From a virus: 45,026 nt of DNA. The stretch lies in the UHGV virus genome UHGV-1710001; one strand, 5' to 3'. Positions 10,235-20,332 of the stretch are shown piece by piece (the stretch's first letter is position 1; each line of letters opens with the position of its first letter). The position numbers and the translations under genes are program-made. Under the pieces are notes generated by a model. That model was not told where the DNA came from. It made no database searches and saw nothing but the letters and a program-made list of their open reading frames with translations.

Positions 10235-10456
10235 GTGGCTACTATCCCTACCCCTGCTCATCCTGAATTTATCTGGCGCTTTTACTCCTGCCAAAAACGT
10301 CACTATCACTTCGTTATTGCACCGACAGAAGATGAGGCACGTTCTCAGCTTCCTGACGCCCCATGTATTTTCTCTGCCCGTTTTTCCACTGATTCACACA
10401 ATTCTCTCAGTTACTGGTGCCTCCCTGTTAACGCTTCTGCTCTGGAGGGGCTATGA
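10235..10456 (+). CDS. small ORF translationally coupled to ant (icd-like position)
   Basis: 73-aa ORF with GTG start after AAAAGGAGG; its stop overlaps the ant ATG (ATGA). An alternative overlapping 81-aa hydrophobic ORF at 10233..10478 cannot be excluded. Confidence 0.35.
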   Translation: MATIPTPAHPEFIWRFYSCQKRHYHFVIAPTEDEARSQLPDAPCIFSARFSTDSHNSLSYWCLPVNASALEGL

Positions 10457-11568
10457 GAACATCATTAGTCACCCGTAAAGAAATGATCGAGGCAATTGAA
10501 CAGCACACTGCCTGTATCAGTACCAGGGATATACCTGGCGTTATTGCCAACTACTTCATGATCACCAAACAACTTTACCGGAGAAAGGACAAAAACGCGG
10601 TTCACCGCATTCTGCTAACCGATATCCGTGAATACCTGCTCGAACAGGGTCATCTGAATTACGCAACCGTCGCAGCCGAAGCACGCAAGGAGGCACACAG
10701 AATGAAAGCAACTAACGTTAAATCAGAAAAAACTCATGCACCTTCAGTTCAGGAATCGGAGCTGGTGGTTGTTCAGAATCAGTCTGATGAAATTCCCGTT
10801 CTGGAATGGCTGGGAGTGCGTGTAGTGACAACTAAGATCCTTGCTAAGGGGTATGGGACAGATGCGGATAACATCAAGAAGAACTTTTCCCGTAATGCTG
10901 AACGTTTTTGTGAAGGCAAGCATTTCTATAAAGTTATTGGAGATGATTTGAACAATTTGCGGGTGACTTTAAGTAACTCACAAAATCCTATCTCTCCTAA
11001 AGCCCGCTCACTCATCCTCTGGACGGAACGCGGCGCAGCCCGCCACGCTAAAATGATCGAAACCGATCAGGCATGGGCATTCTTTGAAAAACTGGAAGAC
11101 AGCTACTTCCGACAAAAAGAACAGCAACCGATCGCAATCCCCCAGACGCTTCCAGAAGCTCTGCGCCTTGCTGCCGAACTGGCTGAACAAAAGCAACTTC
11201 TGGAACAGAAAGCCCATCAGCTAAATCAGCAGCTGGTGGCCGCAGCCCCCAAAGTCGATTTTGCCGACCGGGTATCAGTGGCTAAGGGGATCCTGATTGG
11301 GAATTTTGCAAAGGTCGTTGGACTTAAACAAAATGCGCTGTTTGCCTGGTTACGGGAGAACGGCATTCTGATAGCGTCCGGCGGCCGTAAAAATGTACCG
11401 TTCCAGCAGTACATAAACGCCGGATATTTCACAGTGAAAGAAGTGGTGCTGGATGATGAAGAGGGCTACCAGATACGGCTGACGCCCCAATTAACGGGGA
11501 AAGGCCAACAGTGGTTGACGCGTAAACTGCTCGATGCTGGCTTGTTAAAACCGGTGGCGGCTGAATAA
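10453..11568 (+). CDS. phage antirepressor (Ant-like, AntA/ORF6N-type N-domain plus KilA-C-type C-domain)
   Basis: 371-aa ORF; segments VLEWLGVRVVTTKILAKGYGTDADNIKKNFSRNAERFCEGKHFYKV and FADRVSVAKGILIGNFAKVVGLKQNALFAWLRENGIL resemble antirepressor domains. Confidence 0.6.
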   Translation: MRTSLVTRKEMIEAIEQHTACISTRDIPGVIANYFMITKQLYRRKDKNAVHRILLTDIREYLLEQGHLNYATVAAEARKEAHRMKATNVKSEKTHAPSVQESELVVVQNQSDEIPVLEWLGVRVVTTKILAKGYGTDADNIKKNFSRNAERFCEGKHFYKVIGDDLNNLRVTLSNSQNPISPKARSLILWTERGAARHAKMIETDQAWAFFEKLEDSYFRQKEQQPIAIPQTLPEALRLAAELAEQKQLLEQKAHQLNQQLVAAAPKVDFADRVSVAKGILIGNFAKVVGLKQNALFAWLRENGILIASGGRKNVPFQQYINAGYFTVKEVVLDDEEGYQIRLTPQLTGKGQQWLTRKLLDAGLLKPVAAE

Positions 11569-11600
11569 TGGAAGAATGCCCGGTTGATGCCGGGCATAAT

Positions 11601-12452
11601 TTATTGCGCGCTTTCGGGGTTGTCGTTTACTGGCTGCCCCTTCTTGGTTTTACGGCTGCGCGTAACTGATGCGGCTGACTTAACCTTTTTCTCTTCGCGA
11701 GTGATGGCAATTTGTTTTTTTACATTTTCAATATCTGCCAGGCGATATATTTTTGCTTGTGGCCAGCGGTCGCAGATGATCGGTTCTATGGAGTCATAAA
11801 GGCTAAATTTTGCTTTTTCGAATTCACCGTTGATGATGATTCCATCACGGAGAGTTTCATCGCAGATAAACACGCCACACAGCGGTACATGGTAACTAAC
11901 TGATTTACCATCATTGTAGTTAGGGCTACTGGAGATGTAGTGGACGCGCAGCATTGTTTCGCTAAAGCCGTGTACGCGCATACGGAATTTTTCATCCTCC
12001 GGGTACTGCTTCATTAGCTCTTTTGTTGCTTCCAGGTTCTCTATGTATTTCGCACTGTGCTCATTGATCCCCGCGCTTTTTTGGATGCGAATGTCCTTAT
12101 CAATCAGATGAATAATGCGGCCAGCGGTCATGTTGACGCTGTTCACAGCTTCTGTCTGATAAGTTGTAACCTTGCGCACACCGCGAAGGATGTTAGGCAC
12201 TGGATATAAAATAGTCTTTGGGATATTGAGGTCTGGGTACTGTTCCAGTTCCCGCGCCATTAAAGTCCATTTATCAATTTCAGCCTGAATGCTGTCAGTT
12301 TCTTTGAACGGTAGAACGACAACCGGGCGTACAGGACGACCGTCGCTGGCTGTATCAACGTGTTGGGCGCGTGCAACAGCTTTTTTTAGAAAGAGATCCC
12401 TGAAGCTGACGAACTCCTGGTACAGTTGTTCGCCGTAGACATAATTTATCAT
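11601..12452 (-). CDS. c1: C1 repressor of lysis
   Basis: 283-aa product MINYVYGEQLYQEFVSFRDLFLKKAVARAQHVD... matches recalled P1 C1 in sequence and length. Confidence 0.9.
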   Translation of the reverse strand: MINYVYGEQLYQEFVSFRDLFLKKAVARAQHVDTASDGRPVRPVVVLPFKETDSIQAEIDKWTLMARELEQYPDLNIPKTILYPVPNILRGVRKVTTYQTEAVNSVNMTAGRIIHLIDKDIRIQKSAGINEHSAKYIENLEATKELMKQYPEDEKFRMRVHGFSETMLRVHYISSSPNYNDGKSVSYHVPLCGVFICDETLRDGIIINGEFEKAKFSLYDSIEPIICDRWPQAKIYRLADIENVKKQIAITREEKKVKSAASVTRSRKTKKGQPVNDNPESAQ

Positions 12453-12546
12453 TGATCCTCCTCCAGAATTGACATGGTCAATAACGCCCGGCTGAGAAAA
12501 CCGGTCATTACTGACCTATATTATAGAGGGATCAAACAAAAATAAT

Positions 12547-12563
12547 AGATTTATTAGTGCATT
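12547..12563 (-). promoter_or_regulatory. C1 operator-like site between coi and c1
   Basis: Reverse complement AATGCACTAATAAATCT, about 14/17 match to the operator consensus. Confidence 0.35.
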
Positions 12564-12772
12564 TATTGTGAGTCTAACTGGTTAGTTGCCATGAGATATT
12601 CGATTGTGTCAGTGAGGTCATCCAGGTCGTCTTGGGTGATGCGGTACTCCTGATTGGATATCTTTGAGTAGTGTTCAGCAATGGCGCGGGCAGCGTCGGT
12701 TTCGGCAGGGTCTACAGATAAAGCGTTAGAGCAATGTCTAACGTCGTCGATGGTTGGTTGAATGAAAGCCAT
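12563..12772 (-). CDS. coi: Coi, C1 inactivator
   Basis: 69-aa product MAFIQPTIDDVRHCSNALSVDPAETDAARAIAEHYSK... directly upstream of c1 on the same strand, as in P1 immC. Confidence 0.8.
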   Translation of the reverse strand: MAFIQPTIDDVRHCSNALSVDPAETDAARAIAEHYSKISNQEYRITQDDLDDLTDTIEYLMATNQLDSQ

Positions 12773-13010
12773 AATTATGCCTCACTGTATTGACAACACA
12801 GAGCCTGAAGCTCTGACCTACTGTTTCACCCATGATCCATGCTGGGGTAATCTAACAACATTGCGCTGTGTGTAAGATGAGCAATGCATAGCTGTAATGC
12901 CGTTGTATAAGGTTTCCCTGTTTGCTCATTTCCTTCTGAGCCGCTCTACAACGCTGAAGACACATTAAATAGTGAATCCAAAGTCGTATTACGTAACGGC
13001 GGCAAAACTA

Positions 13011-13027
13011 TAATTTATTAGAGCAAT
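13011..13027 (-). promoter_or_regulatory. C1 operator (Op99-type) upstream of coi/c1
   Basis: Reverse complement ATTGCTCTAATAAATTA, 16/17 match. Confidence 0.65.
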
Positions 13028-13093
13028 TGTCAAACAACTATGAAAAACAATCCAGTTTTTAGCTGGTGGAGTGGGATTTTTCTCTCAAAATTT

Positions 13094-13110
13094 ATTGCTC
13101 TAATAATTAT
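13094..13110 (+). promoter_or_regulatory. C1 operator (Op99-type) upstream of coi/c1
   Basis: ATTGCTCTAATAATTAT, 14-15/17 match; 36 bp from the transposon left inverted repeat. Confidence 0.6.
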
Positions 13111-13145
13111 TGATTTTTGTGCGCAGCTGGACGTAAACTCCTCTT

Positions 13146-13183
13146 GGGGGAACCGCAGAATTCGGAAAAAATCGTACGCTAAG
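13146..13183. repeat. left 38-bp terminal inverted repeat of the transposon
   Basis: GGGGGAACCGCAGAATTCGGAAAAAATCGTACGCTAAG. Confidence 0.9.
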
Positions 13184-13334
13184 CTAACGGTGTTCTCGTG
13201 ACAGCTCTTTGACTAGGCTTTCTAAGGCCATTCTGATAGCCCTGACTTCCTGAAAAGCCATGGCTAAAATTTGTGCGGCTAAAAGGGATAACCGATGGTA
13301 AAGTAAGTTATCCCTGTCGAGATACTGAAAAGCG

Positions 13335-14912
13335 TTATCCTCGTTTTTCCCAAAACTGTTTTGCCAGTTCGCTCAGAGCGCTAGTTAACTGAGCGACAGA
13401 TTTCGCACTTTGCAAATTATTCTGCCCGGTCTGTACATTGGTATCAGCAGCATCGCGTATATTGATAATACTGCGGTTTATGTCTTCACTTACTGCTCCC
13501 TGCTGCTCGACCGCAGTCGCTATTTGCGCGTTCATGTCGGTAATTTCGTTAACGCGTTGGCCAATTCCATCAAGAGCTGTAGCTGCTTCCTCTGCGTGAG
13601 CTACACTCGTGTGCGCTTGCCGACTACTTTGCTCCATGACTGTAACAGCGGATTGCGCTCGCTCTTGTAGAGCGCTGATCATGCTTTGAATATCCGTTGT
13701 CGATTGCTGTGTGCGAGCAGCAAGACTGCGAACCTCATCGGCGACAACAGCAAAACCACGCCCCTGCTCACCAGCACGCGCGGCCTCAATTGCTGCGTTG
13801 AGTGCCAACAAATTCGTTTGCTCGGCGATCCCTCGTATAACGTCAAGAACTTTTGATATCTCGTTACTTTGACCTTCAAGCTCATGAATAACCTGAGTGG
13901 CTTGCCTAATTTCACCTTCAAGGGCAGTGATTGACTGGCTTGTGTGGGCTACCAGACGCTGGCCAGATGCCGTCTCAGTGTCTGCTCTTCCGGCCGCATC
14001 TGCAGCATGCTGTGCATTGCTCGCAACCTCTTGAATGCTTGCCACCATTTGGTTTACTGCCGTTGCTATTTGATCTGTCTCTGCCTGCTGCTCAACTGTA
14101 AGTACATTGCTTGACTCAATATCCTTTAGTAGGCCTCGGGTGTGTTCGCTAAGCCGATTTGATGCATCACCTATGCGACCTACTATGGCGCCTGTTTCAG
14201 CTTGCATCATTCGTAAAGCAAACTCTATTTGGCCAAACTCATCGGTGCGCCCAGTGTAGAGGGATTGACTTAATGGGTTATTGGAAATATTCCTGGCTCT
14301 TTCAACCAGTCTTCCAAGAGGAGAGAGAATAGCCAAAACACTAACAGAGCTTAAGCTTCCTGACATTAAAGTGGCTAACAATAAGCTGCTTATTGATGTA
14401 TCAGTAAGCATGCCGGCAGCCATTGCGCTTGATATAATACTACCCCATATGAGCAAGAGTATTTTCACGGAAAAGCTAGCAGCCAATTTCGGCCTCGCGG
14501 CCTTCCCGCTTCTCAATTGAGCATATAATTTTTCCGCAGCCAAAACCTGCTCAGGTTCAGGCTTGGTCCTTACAGACTGGTATTCAACAATCGAACCATT
14601 CTTAGCTATTGGCGTTACATAAGCACTTACCCAATAGTGGTCGCCATTTTTACAGCGATTTTTTACTAGCCCCATCCATGAGCGGCCAGATTTTAATGTA
14701 CTCCACATATGCTCAAATGCAGCAGGCGGCATATCTGGGTGTCTTACGATGTTGTGAGGCTGGCCTAATAGTTCTTCCTCAGTGAAACCACTGATTTTAA
14801 TGAAGTCAGGATTAACGTACGTGATATGGCTTTGAGGGGAGGTAGTCGAAAGAATATTGGCATCTTTTGGGAGTTCTAAGTTTCGACCCGTCACTGGTAA
14901 ATTCTGGCGCAT
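13335..14912 (-). CDS. methyl-accepting chemotaxis protein-like protein (transposon passenger)
   Basis: 525-aa ORF with N-terminal PAS-like region, hydrophobic segment and C-terminal MCP signalling domain ([31 protein letters not shown]); matches the known MCP-like ORF of Tn1721. Confidence 0.8.
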   Translation of the reverse strand: MRQNLPVTGRNLELPKDANILSTTSPQSHITYVNPDFIKISGFTEEELLGQPHNIVRHPDMPPAAFEHMWSTLKSGRSWMGLVKNRCKNGDHYWVSAYVTPIAKNGSIVEYQSVRTKPEPEQVLAAEKLYAQLRSGKAARPKLAASFSVKILLLIWGSIISSAMAAGMLTDTSISSLLLATLMSGSLSSVSVLAILSPLGRLVERARNISNNPLSQSLYTGRTDEFGQIEFALRMMQAETGAIVGRIGDASNRLSEHTRGLLKDIESSNVLTVEQQAETDQIATAVNQMVASIQEVASNAQHAADAAGRADTETASGQRLVAHTSQSITALEGEIRQATQVIHELEGQSNEISKVLDVIRGIAEQTNLLALNAAIEAARAGEQGRGFAVVADEVRSLAARTQQSTTDIQSMISALQERAQSAVTVMEQSSRQAHTSVAHAEEAATALDGIGQRVNEITDMNAQIATAVEQQGAVSEDINRSIINIRDAADTNVQTGQNNLQSAKSVAQLTSALSELAKQFWEKRG

Positions 14913-15059
14913 AAGAACCTCAAGGGTTGGCTGTTTTATTTTATTGTTTTCGGCATTAAGCCCAATTTCTTGAGCGTTACGATAAAGCTAGCATGGAAAC
15001 GATAGGTGCAAGCAAGTTAAGGGTTGCATCGCGCATGTCAATCTAGGCTATACCCTAAC

Positions 15060-15200
15060 TTGATGTCAGGCAGGGCCGCGCCGCTTCGTCAGAATAGAGT
15101 CTGCTTTCCCATTTTTTGACACATGCCCGCGAAGGTTATAGATTTCAGCCTGACAGAAATGGGCTTTGAGGCACAACGGAACAGAAAGTGCACTTAAGCC
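15060..15200. promoter_or_regulatory. res resolution site region
   Basis: Between the mcp-like gene and tnpR; contains inverted TGTCAGGC / GCCTGACA motifs typical of resolvase binding subsites. Boundaries approximate. Confidence 0.45.
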
Positions 15201-15221
15201 GCCTTCAACCAAGGAGACATC

Positions 15222-15782
15222 GTGCAGGGGCACCGCATCGGCTACGTCCGGGTCAGCAGCTTTGACCAGAACCCGGAACGCCAGCTGGAACAAACCCAGG
15301 TGAGCAAGGTGTTCACCGACAAGGCATCGGGCAAGGACACCCAGCGCCCCCAGCTCGAAGCGCTGCTGAGCTTCGTCCGCGAAGGCGATACAGTGGTGGT
15401 GCACAGCATGGATCGGCTGGCCCGCAACCTCGATGACCTGCGTCGCTTGGTACAGAAGCTGACTCAGCGCGGCGTGCGCATCGAGTTCCTGAAGGAGGGC
15501 CTGGTGTTCACTGGCGAGGACTCGCCGATGGCCAACCTGATGCTGTCGGTGATGGGGGCCTTCGCTGAGTTCGAGCGCGCCCTGATCCGCGAGCGGCAGC
15601 GTGAGGGCATCGCCTTGGCCAAGCAGCGTGGCGCGTACCGGGGCCGCAAGAAAGCCCTGTCCGATGAGCAGGCTGCTACCCTGCGGCAGCGAGCGACGGC
15701 CGGCGAGCCCAAGGCGCAGCTTGCCCGCGAGTTCAACATCAGCCGGGAAACCCTCTACCAGTACCTCCGCACGGACGACTGA
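15222..15782 (+). CDS. tnpR: serine recombinase resolvase TnpR
   Basis: 186-aa ORF with GTG start after AAGGAGA; N-terminal catalytic motif GYVRVSSFDQN and C-terminal HTH, typical Tn21/Tn1721 resolvase. Confidence 0.9.
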   Translation: MQGHRIGYVRVSSFDQNPERQLEQTQVSKVFTDKASGKDTQRPQLEALLSFVREGDTVVVHSMDRLARNLDDLRRLVQKLTQRGVRIEFLKEGLVFTGEDSPMANLMLSVMGAFAEFERALIRERQREGIALAKQRGAYRGRKKALSDEQAATLRQRATAGEPKAQLAREFNISRETLYQYLRTDD

Positions 15783-15785
15783 CAC

Positions 15786-18752
15786 ATGCCGCGTCGCTTG
15801 ATCCTCTCGGCCACGGAGCGGGACACCCTGCTTGCGCTGCCGGAAAGCCAGGATGACCTGATCCGCTACTACACCTTCAACGACTCCGACCTGTCGCTGA
15901 TCCGCCAGCGACGCGGCGACGCCAACCGCCTCGGCTTCGCCGTGCAGCTCTGCCTGCTGCGCTACCCCGGTTACGCGCTGGGAACCGACAGCGAGCTGCC
16001 CGAGCCGGTCATCCTGTGGGTGGCGAAGCAAGTCCAGGCCGAGCCGGCGAGCTGGGCAAAGTACGGCGAGCGCGACGTGACCCGTCGCGAGCATGCCCAG
16101 GAACTGCGCACCTACCTGCAACTGGCCCCGTTCGGCCTGTCCGACTTCCGCGCCCTGGTGCGCGAGCTAACCGAGCTGGCCCAGCAGACCGACAAAGGCT
16201 TGCTGCTGGCCGGTCAGGCCCTGGAGAGCCTACGGCAGAAACGACGCATCCTGCCGGCGCTGAGCGTGATTGACCGGGCCTGCTCGGAAGCCATTGCGCG
16301 AGCCAATCGGCGGGTCTACCGCGCCCTGGTCGAACCACTCACGGACTCGCATCGGGCCAAGCTGGACGAGCTGTTGAAGCTCAAGGCCGGCAGCAGCATC
16401 ACCTGGTTGACCTGGCTGCGCCAGGCACCGCTGAAACCCAACTCTCGGCACATGCTGGAACACATCGAGCGGCTGAAGACATTTCAGTTGGTGGACTTGC
16501 CCGAAGGCCTGGGCCGGCACATCCACCAGAACCGCCTGCTCAAGCTGGCCCGCGAGGGTGGGCAGATGACGCCCAAAGACCTCGGTAAGTTCGAGCCGCA
16601 GCGCCGCTACGCGACCCTGGCCGCCGTGGTGCTGGAGAGCACCGCGACCGTGATCGATGAGCTGGTCGATCTGCATGACCGCATCCTGGTCAAGCTGTTC
16701 AGCGGCGCGAAGCACAAGCATCAGCAGCAGTTCCAGAAGCAGGGCAAGGCGATCAACGACAAGGTGCGCCTGTACTCCAGGATCGGCCAGGCGCTGCTGG
16801 AAGCGAAGGAAAGCGGCAGCGACCCCTATGCCGCCATCGAGGCGGTGATTCCCTGGGACGAGTTCACCGAGAGCGTCAGCGAGGCCGAGCTGCTGGCCCG
16901 GCCGGAAGGCTTCGACCACCTGCACCTGGTCGGCGAGAACTTCGCCACCCTGCGCCGTTACACGCCGGCCTTGCTGGAGGTGCTGGAACTGCGCGCCGCG
17001 CCGGCCGCGCAAGGCGTGCTGGCAGCCGTGCAGACCCTGCGTGAGATGAACGCCGACAACCTGCGCAAGGTGCCGGCCGATGCACCCACGGCCTTCATCA
17101 AGCCGCGCTGGAAGCCGCTGGTGATCACCCCGGAAGGCCTCGACCGGAAATTCTACGAAATCTGCGCCCTGTCCGAGCTGAAGAACGCCCTGCGCTCCGG
17201 CGACATCTGGGTCAAGGGCTCGCGGCAGTTCCGCGACTTCGACGACTACCTGCTGCCGGCCGAGAAGTTCGCCGCACTCAAGCGCGAGCAGGCCCTGCCC
17301 CTGGCGATCAACCCGAACAGCGACCAGTACCTGGAAGAGCGTTTGCAGCTGCTGGACGAGCAGTTGGCCACCGTCACCCGCCTGGCCAAGGACAACGAGC
17401 TGCCCGATGCCATCCTCACCGAGTCAGGGCTGAAAATCACCCCGCTGGATGCGGCGGTGCCGGATCGGGCGCAGGCGCTGATCGACCAAACCAGCCAGTT
17501 ACTGCCGCGCATCAAGATCACCGAACTGCTGATGGACGTGGACGACTGGACGGGCTTCAGCCGCCACTTCACCCACTTGAAGGACGGGGCCGAGGCCAAA
17601 GACAGGACGTTGCTGCTGTCCGCAATCCTCGGTGATGCGATCAACCTCGGGCTGACCAAGATGGCCGAGTCGAGCCCCGGCCTGACCTACGCCAAGCTGT
17701 CCTGGCTGCAAGCCTGGCACATCCGCGACGAAACCTATTCGGCGGCCTTGGCCGAGCTGGTCAACCACCAGTATCGCCACGCCTTTGCCGCCCACTGGGG
17801 CGACGGCACGACCTCATCCTCCGATGGCCAGCGCTTCCGCGCGGGTGGCCGGGGCGAGAGCACCGGGCACGTCAACCCGAAGTACGGTAGCGAGCCGGGA
17901 CGGCTGTTCTATACCCATATCTCCGACCAGTACGCGCCGTTCAGCACCCGCGTGGTGAATGTCGGCGTCCGCGATTCCACCTATGTGCTCGACGGCCTGC
18001 TGTACCACGAGTCCGACCTGCGGATCGAGGAGCACTACACCGACACGGCCGGCTTCACCGATCACGTCTTTGCCCTGATGCACCTGCTAGGCTTCCGCTT
18101 CGCGCCGCGCATCCGCGACCTCGGCGAAACCAAGCTGTACGTGCCGCAGGGCGTGCAAGCCTACCCGACGTTGCGCCCGCTGATCGGCGGCACCCTGAAC
18201 ATCAAGCACGTGCGTGCCCACTGGGACGACATCCTGCGCCTGGCCAGCTCGATCAAGCAGGGCACCGTCACCGCCTCGCTGATGCTGCGCAAGCTCGGCA
18301 GCTACCCGCGCCAGAACGGACTGGCCGTGGCCCTGCGCGAGCTGGGCCGGATCGAGCGCACGCTGTTCATCCTGGACTGGCTGCAAAGTGTTGAACTGCG
18401 CCGCCGCGTGCATGCCGGCCTGAACAAAGGTGAGGCGCGCAACTCGCTGGCCAGGGCGGTGTTCTTCAACCGCCTTGGGGAAATCAGGGATCGGAGCTTC
18501 GAGCAGCAGCGCTACCGGGCCAGCGGCCTCAACCTGGTGACGGCGGCTATCGTGCTGTGGAACACGGTGTACCTGGAACGCGCCACCCAGGGGTTGGTCG
18601 AGGCCGGCAAGCCGGTGGACGGCGAGCTGCTGCAATTCCTGTCGCCGCTGGGCTGGGAGCACATCAACCTAACCGGCGATTACGTCTGGCGGCAGAGCCG
18701 CAGACTGGAAGACGGGAAGTTTCGGCCCTTACGGATGCCCGGAAAACCTTAG
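15786..18752 (+). CDS. tnpA: Tn3-family transposase TnpA
   Basis: 988-aa ORF, the length of Tn21-subgroup transposases, ending inside the right inverted repeat. Confidence 0.9.
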   Translation: MPRRLILSATERDTLLALPESQDDLIRYYTFNDSDLSLIRQRRGDANRLGFAVQLCLLRYPGYALGTDSELPEPVILWVAKQVQAEPASWAKYGERDVTRREHAQELRTYLQLAPFGLSDFRALVRELTELAQQTDKGLLLAGQALESLRQKRRILPALSVIDRACSEAIARANRRVYRALVEPLTDSHRAKLDELLKLKAGSSITWLTWLRQAPLKPNSRHMLEHIERLKTFQLVDLPEGLGRHIHQNRLLKLAREGGQMTPKDLGKFEPQRRYATLAAVVLESTATVIDELVDLHDRILVKLFSGAKHKHQQQFQKQGKAINDKVRLYSRIGQALLEAKESGSDPYAAIEAVIPWDEFTESVSEAELLARPEGFDHLHLVGENFATLRRYTPALLEVLELRAAPAAQGVLAAVQTLREMNADNLRKVPADAPTAFIKPRWKPLVITPEGLDRKFYEICALSELKNALRSGDIWVKGSRQFRDFDDYLLPAEKFAALKREQALPLAINPNSDQYLEERLQLLDEQLATVTRLAKDNELPDAILTESGLKITPLDAAVPDRAQALIDQTSQLLPRIKITELLMDVDDWTGFSRHFTHLKDGAEAKDRTLLLSAILGDAINLGLTKMAESSPGLTYAKLSWLQAWHIRDETYSAALAELVNHQYRHAFAAHWGDGTTSSSDGQRFRAGGRGESTGHVNPKYGSEPGRLFYTHISDQYAPFSTRVVNVGVRDSTYVLDGLLYHESDLRIEEHYTDTAGFTDHVFALMHLLGFRFAPRIRDLGETKLYVPQGVQAYPTLRPLIGGTLNIKHVRAHWDDILRLASSIKQGTVTASLMLRKLGSYPRQNGLAVALRELGRIERTLFILDWLQSVELRRRVHAGLNKGEARNSLARAVFFNRLGEIRDRSFEQQRYRASGLNLVTAAIVLWNTVYLERATQGLVEAGKPVDGELLQFLSPLGWEHINLTGDYVWRQSRRLEDGKFRPLRMPGKP

Positions 18753-18785
18753 CGTACGATTTTTTCCGAATTCTGCGGGCTCCCC
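18748..18785. repeat. right 38-bp terminal inverted repeat of the transposon
   Basis: Reverse complement reads GGGGAGCCCGCAGAATTCGGAAAAAATCGTACGCTAAG; overlaps the tnpA stop. Confidence 0.9.
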
Positions 18786-18798
18786 CTCTTCGGATCTG

Positions 18799-18832
18799 AT
18801 AACTTCGTATAGCATACATTATACGAAGTTAT
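18799..18832 (+). other. loxP: loxP recombination site
   Basis: Exact ATAACTTCGTATA-GCATACAT-TATACGAAGTTAT (13-bp inverted repeats, 8-bp spacer). Confidence 0.97.
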
Positions 18833-18850
18833 CTTAAGGGTTATTGAACA

Positions 18851-18925
18851 TGATCAATTTACCTGTAAATCCATACAGTTCAATACCTTATCAGGTCAAA
18901 TAGTGATCACTTGATCATTTGATCA
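18851..18925 (+). promoter_or_regulatory. cre upstream regulatory region with clustered Dam GATC sites
   Basis: Four GATC sites within about 75 bp (ATGATCAATT, GTGATCACTTGATCATTTGATCAAGG) between loxP and cre; Dam-regulated cre promoters are established for P1. Confidence 0.4.
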
Positions 18926-19021
18926 AGGTTGCGCTACGTAAAATCTGCGAAATGTTGGCAGTGTTAGTGCTCCAGATTTCGCGTAGCGCACTTAGCACCA
19001 CCAATCAATCAGAGGTGAAAA

Positions 19022-19243
19022 ATGGGATATTCAGCTGCTAAAGTGTCCACTCATCTTGAGCTTGAGAAAAACCGTGGTTACTGGCGGGCAAAAGGGTTTG
19101 ATCGTGATAGTTGCCAACTGTCATTATCGCGCGGTGAAGAGAAAATAGAACGCACGCGCGGTCGCTGGCGTTTCTATGACGAGAACCATAAACAGGTAAA
19201 GGCAGAGCCGATCCTGTACACTTTACTTAAAACCATTATCTGA
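19022..19243 (+). CDS. small ORF upstream of cre (possible cra equivalent)
   Basis: 73-aa ORF ending 8 nt before the cre ATG; identity by position only. Confidence 0.35.
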   Translation: MGYSAAKVSTHLELEKNRGYWRAKGFDRDSCQLSLSRGEEKIERTRGRWRFYDENHKQVKAEPILYTLLKTII

Positions 19244-19250
19244 GTGTTAA

Positions 19251-20282
19251 ATGTCCAATTTACTGACCGTACACCAAAATTTGCCTGCATTACCGGTCGA
19301 TGCAACGAGTGATGAGGTTCGCAAGAACCTGATGGACATGTTCAGGGATCGCCAGGCGTTTTCTGAGCATACCTGGAAAATGCTTCTGTCCGTTTGCCGG
19401 TCGTGGGCGGCATGGTGCAAGTTGAATAACCGGAAATGGTTTCCCGCAGAACCTGAAGATGTTCGCGATTATCTTCTATATCTTCAGGCGCGCGGTCTGG
19501 CAGTAAAAACTATCCAGCAACATTTGGGCCAGCTAAACATGCTTCATCGTCGGTCCGGGCTGCCACGACCAAGTGACAGCAATGCTGTTTCACTGGTTAT
19601 GCGGCGGATTCGAAAAGAAAACGTTGATGCCGGTGAACGTGCAAAACAGGCATTGGCGTTCGAACGCACTGATTTCGACCAGGTTCGTTCACTCATGGAA
19701 AATAGCGATCGCTGCCAGGATATACGGAATCTGGCATTTCTGGGGATTGCTTATAACACCCTGTTACGTATAGCCGAAATTGCCAGGATCAGGGTTAAAG
19801 ATATCTCACGTACTGACGGTGGGAGAATGTTAATCCATATTGGCAGAACGAAAACGCTGGTTAGCACCGCAGGTGTAGAGAAGGCACTTAGCCTGGGGGT
19901 AACTAAACTGGTCGAGCGATGGATTTCTGTCTCTGGTGTGGCTGATGATCCGAATAACTACCTGTTTTGCCGTGTCAGAAAAAATGGTGTTGCCGCGCCA
20001 TCTGCCACCAGCCAGCTATCAACTCGCGCTCTGGAAGGGATTTTTGAAGCAACTCATCGATTGATTTACGGCGCTAAGGATGACTCTGGGCAGAGATACC
20101 TGGCCTGGTCTGGACACAGTGCCCGTGTCGGAGCCGCGCGAGATATGGCCCGCGCCGGAGTTTCAATACCGGAGATCATGCAAGCTGGTGGCTGGACCAA
20201 CGTAAATATTGTCATGAACTATATCCGTAACCTGGATAGTGAAACAGGGGCAATGGTGCGCCTGCTGGAAGATGGCGATTAG
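19251..20282 (+). CDS. cre: Cre tyrosine site-specific recombinase
   Basis: 343-aa product beginning MSNLLTVHQNLPALPVDATSDEVRKNLMDMFRDRQAFSEHTWKMLLSVCRSWAAWCKLNNRKWFPAEPEDVRDYLLYLQARGLAVKTIQQHLGQLNMLHRRSGLPRPSDSNAVSLVMRRIRKENVDAGERAK..., as recalled for P1 Cre; adjacent loxP. Confidence 0.97.
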   Translation: MSNLLTVHQNLPALPVDATSDEVRKNLMDMFRDRQAFSEHTWKMLLSVCRSWAAWCKLNNRKWFPAEPEDVRDYLLYLQARGLAVKTIQQHLGQLNMLHRRSGLPRPSDSNAVSLVMRRIRKENVDAGERAKQALAFERTDFDQVRSLMENSDRCQDIRNLAFLGIAYNTLLRIAEIARIRVKDISRTDGGRMLIHIGRTKTLVSTAGVEKALSLGVTKLVERWISVSGVADDPNNYLFCRVRKNGVAAPSATSQLSTRALEGIFEATHRLIYGAKDDSGQRYLAWSGHSARVGAARDMARAGVSIPEIMQAGGWTNVNIVMNYIRNLDSETGAMVRLLEDGD

Positions 20283-20299
20283 CCATTAACGCGTAAATG

Positions 20300-20316
20300 A
20301 TTGCTCTAATTCTTTG
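20300..20316 (+). promoter_or_regulatory. C1 operator-like site downstream of cre
   Basis: ATTGCTCTAATTCTTTG, 13-14/17 match. Confidence 0.45.
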
Positions 20317-20332
20317 ATATTTATGGTGACAT

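Larger units (their letters stand above)
13146..18785. mobile_element. Tn1722/Tn1721-type Tn3-family transposon, about 5.6 kb (mcp-like gene, res, tnpR, tnpA)
   Basis: 38-bp terminal inverted repeats GGGGGAACCGCAGAATTCGGAAAAAATCGTACGCTAAG (13146-13183) and GGGGAGCCCGCAGAATTCGGAAAAAATCGTACGCTAAG (reverse complement of 18748-18785); flanked by a 5-bp direct repeat CTCTT (13141-13145 and 18786-18790); GC-rich interior with the expected gene content. Confidence 0.9.

Noticed and set aside
15066-18662. Long minus-strand ORFs (351 aa at 15066-16121, 260 aa at 16230-17012, 191 aa at 18087-18662 and others) inside the transposon
   Set aside because: They lie antisense to tnpR/tnpA in GC-rich DNA where stop codons are rare, and have low-complexity Arg/Ala/Gly/Pro-rich translations; they are compositional artefacts.
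18799-20282. Engineered cloning vector or Cre-lox cassette as the origin of loxP-cre
   Set aside because: loxP and cre sit in native phage context (GATC-rich cre promoter region, immC on one side, ref and darB on the other) with no vector backbone, and the adjacent transposon has a target-site duplication typical of natural transposition.
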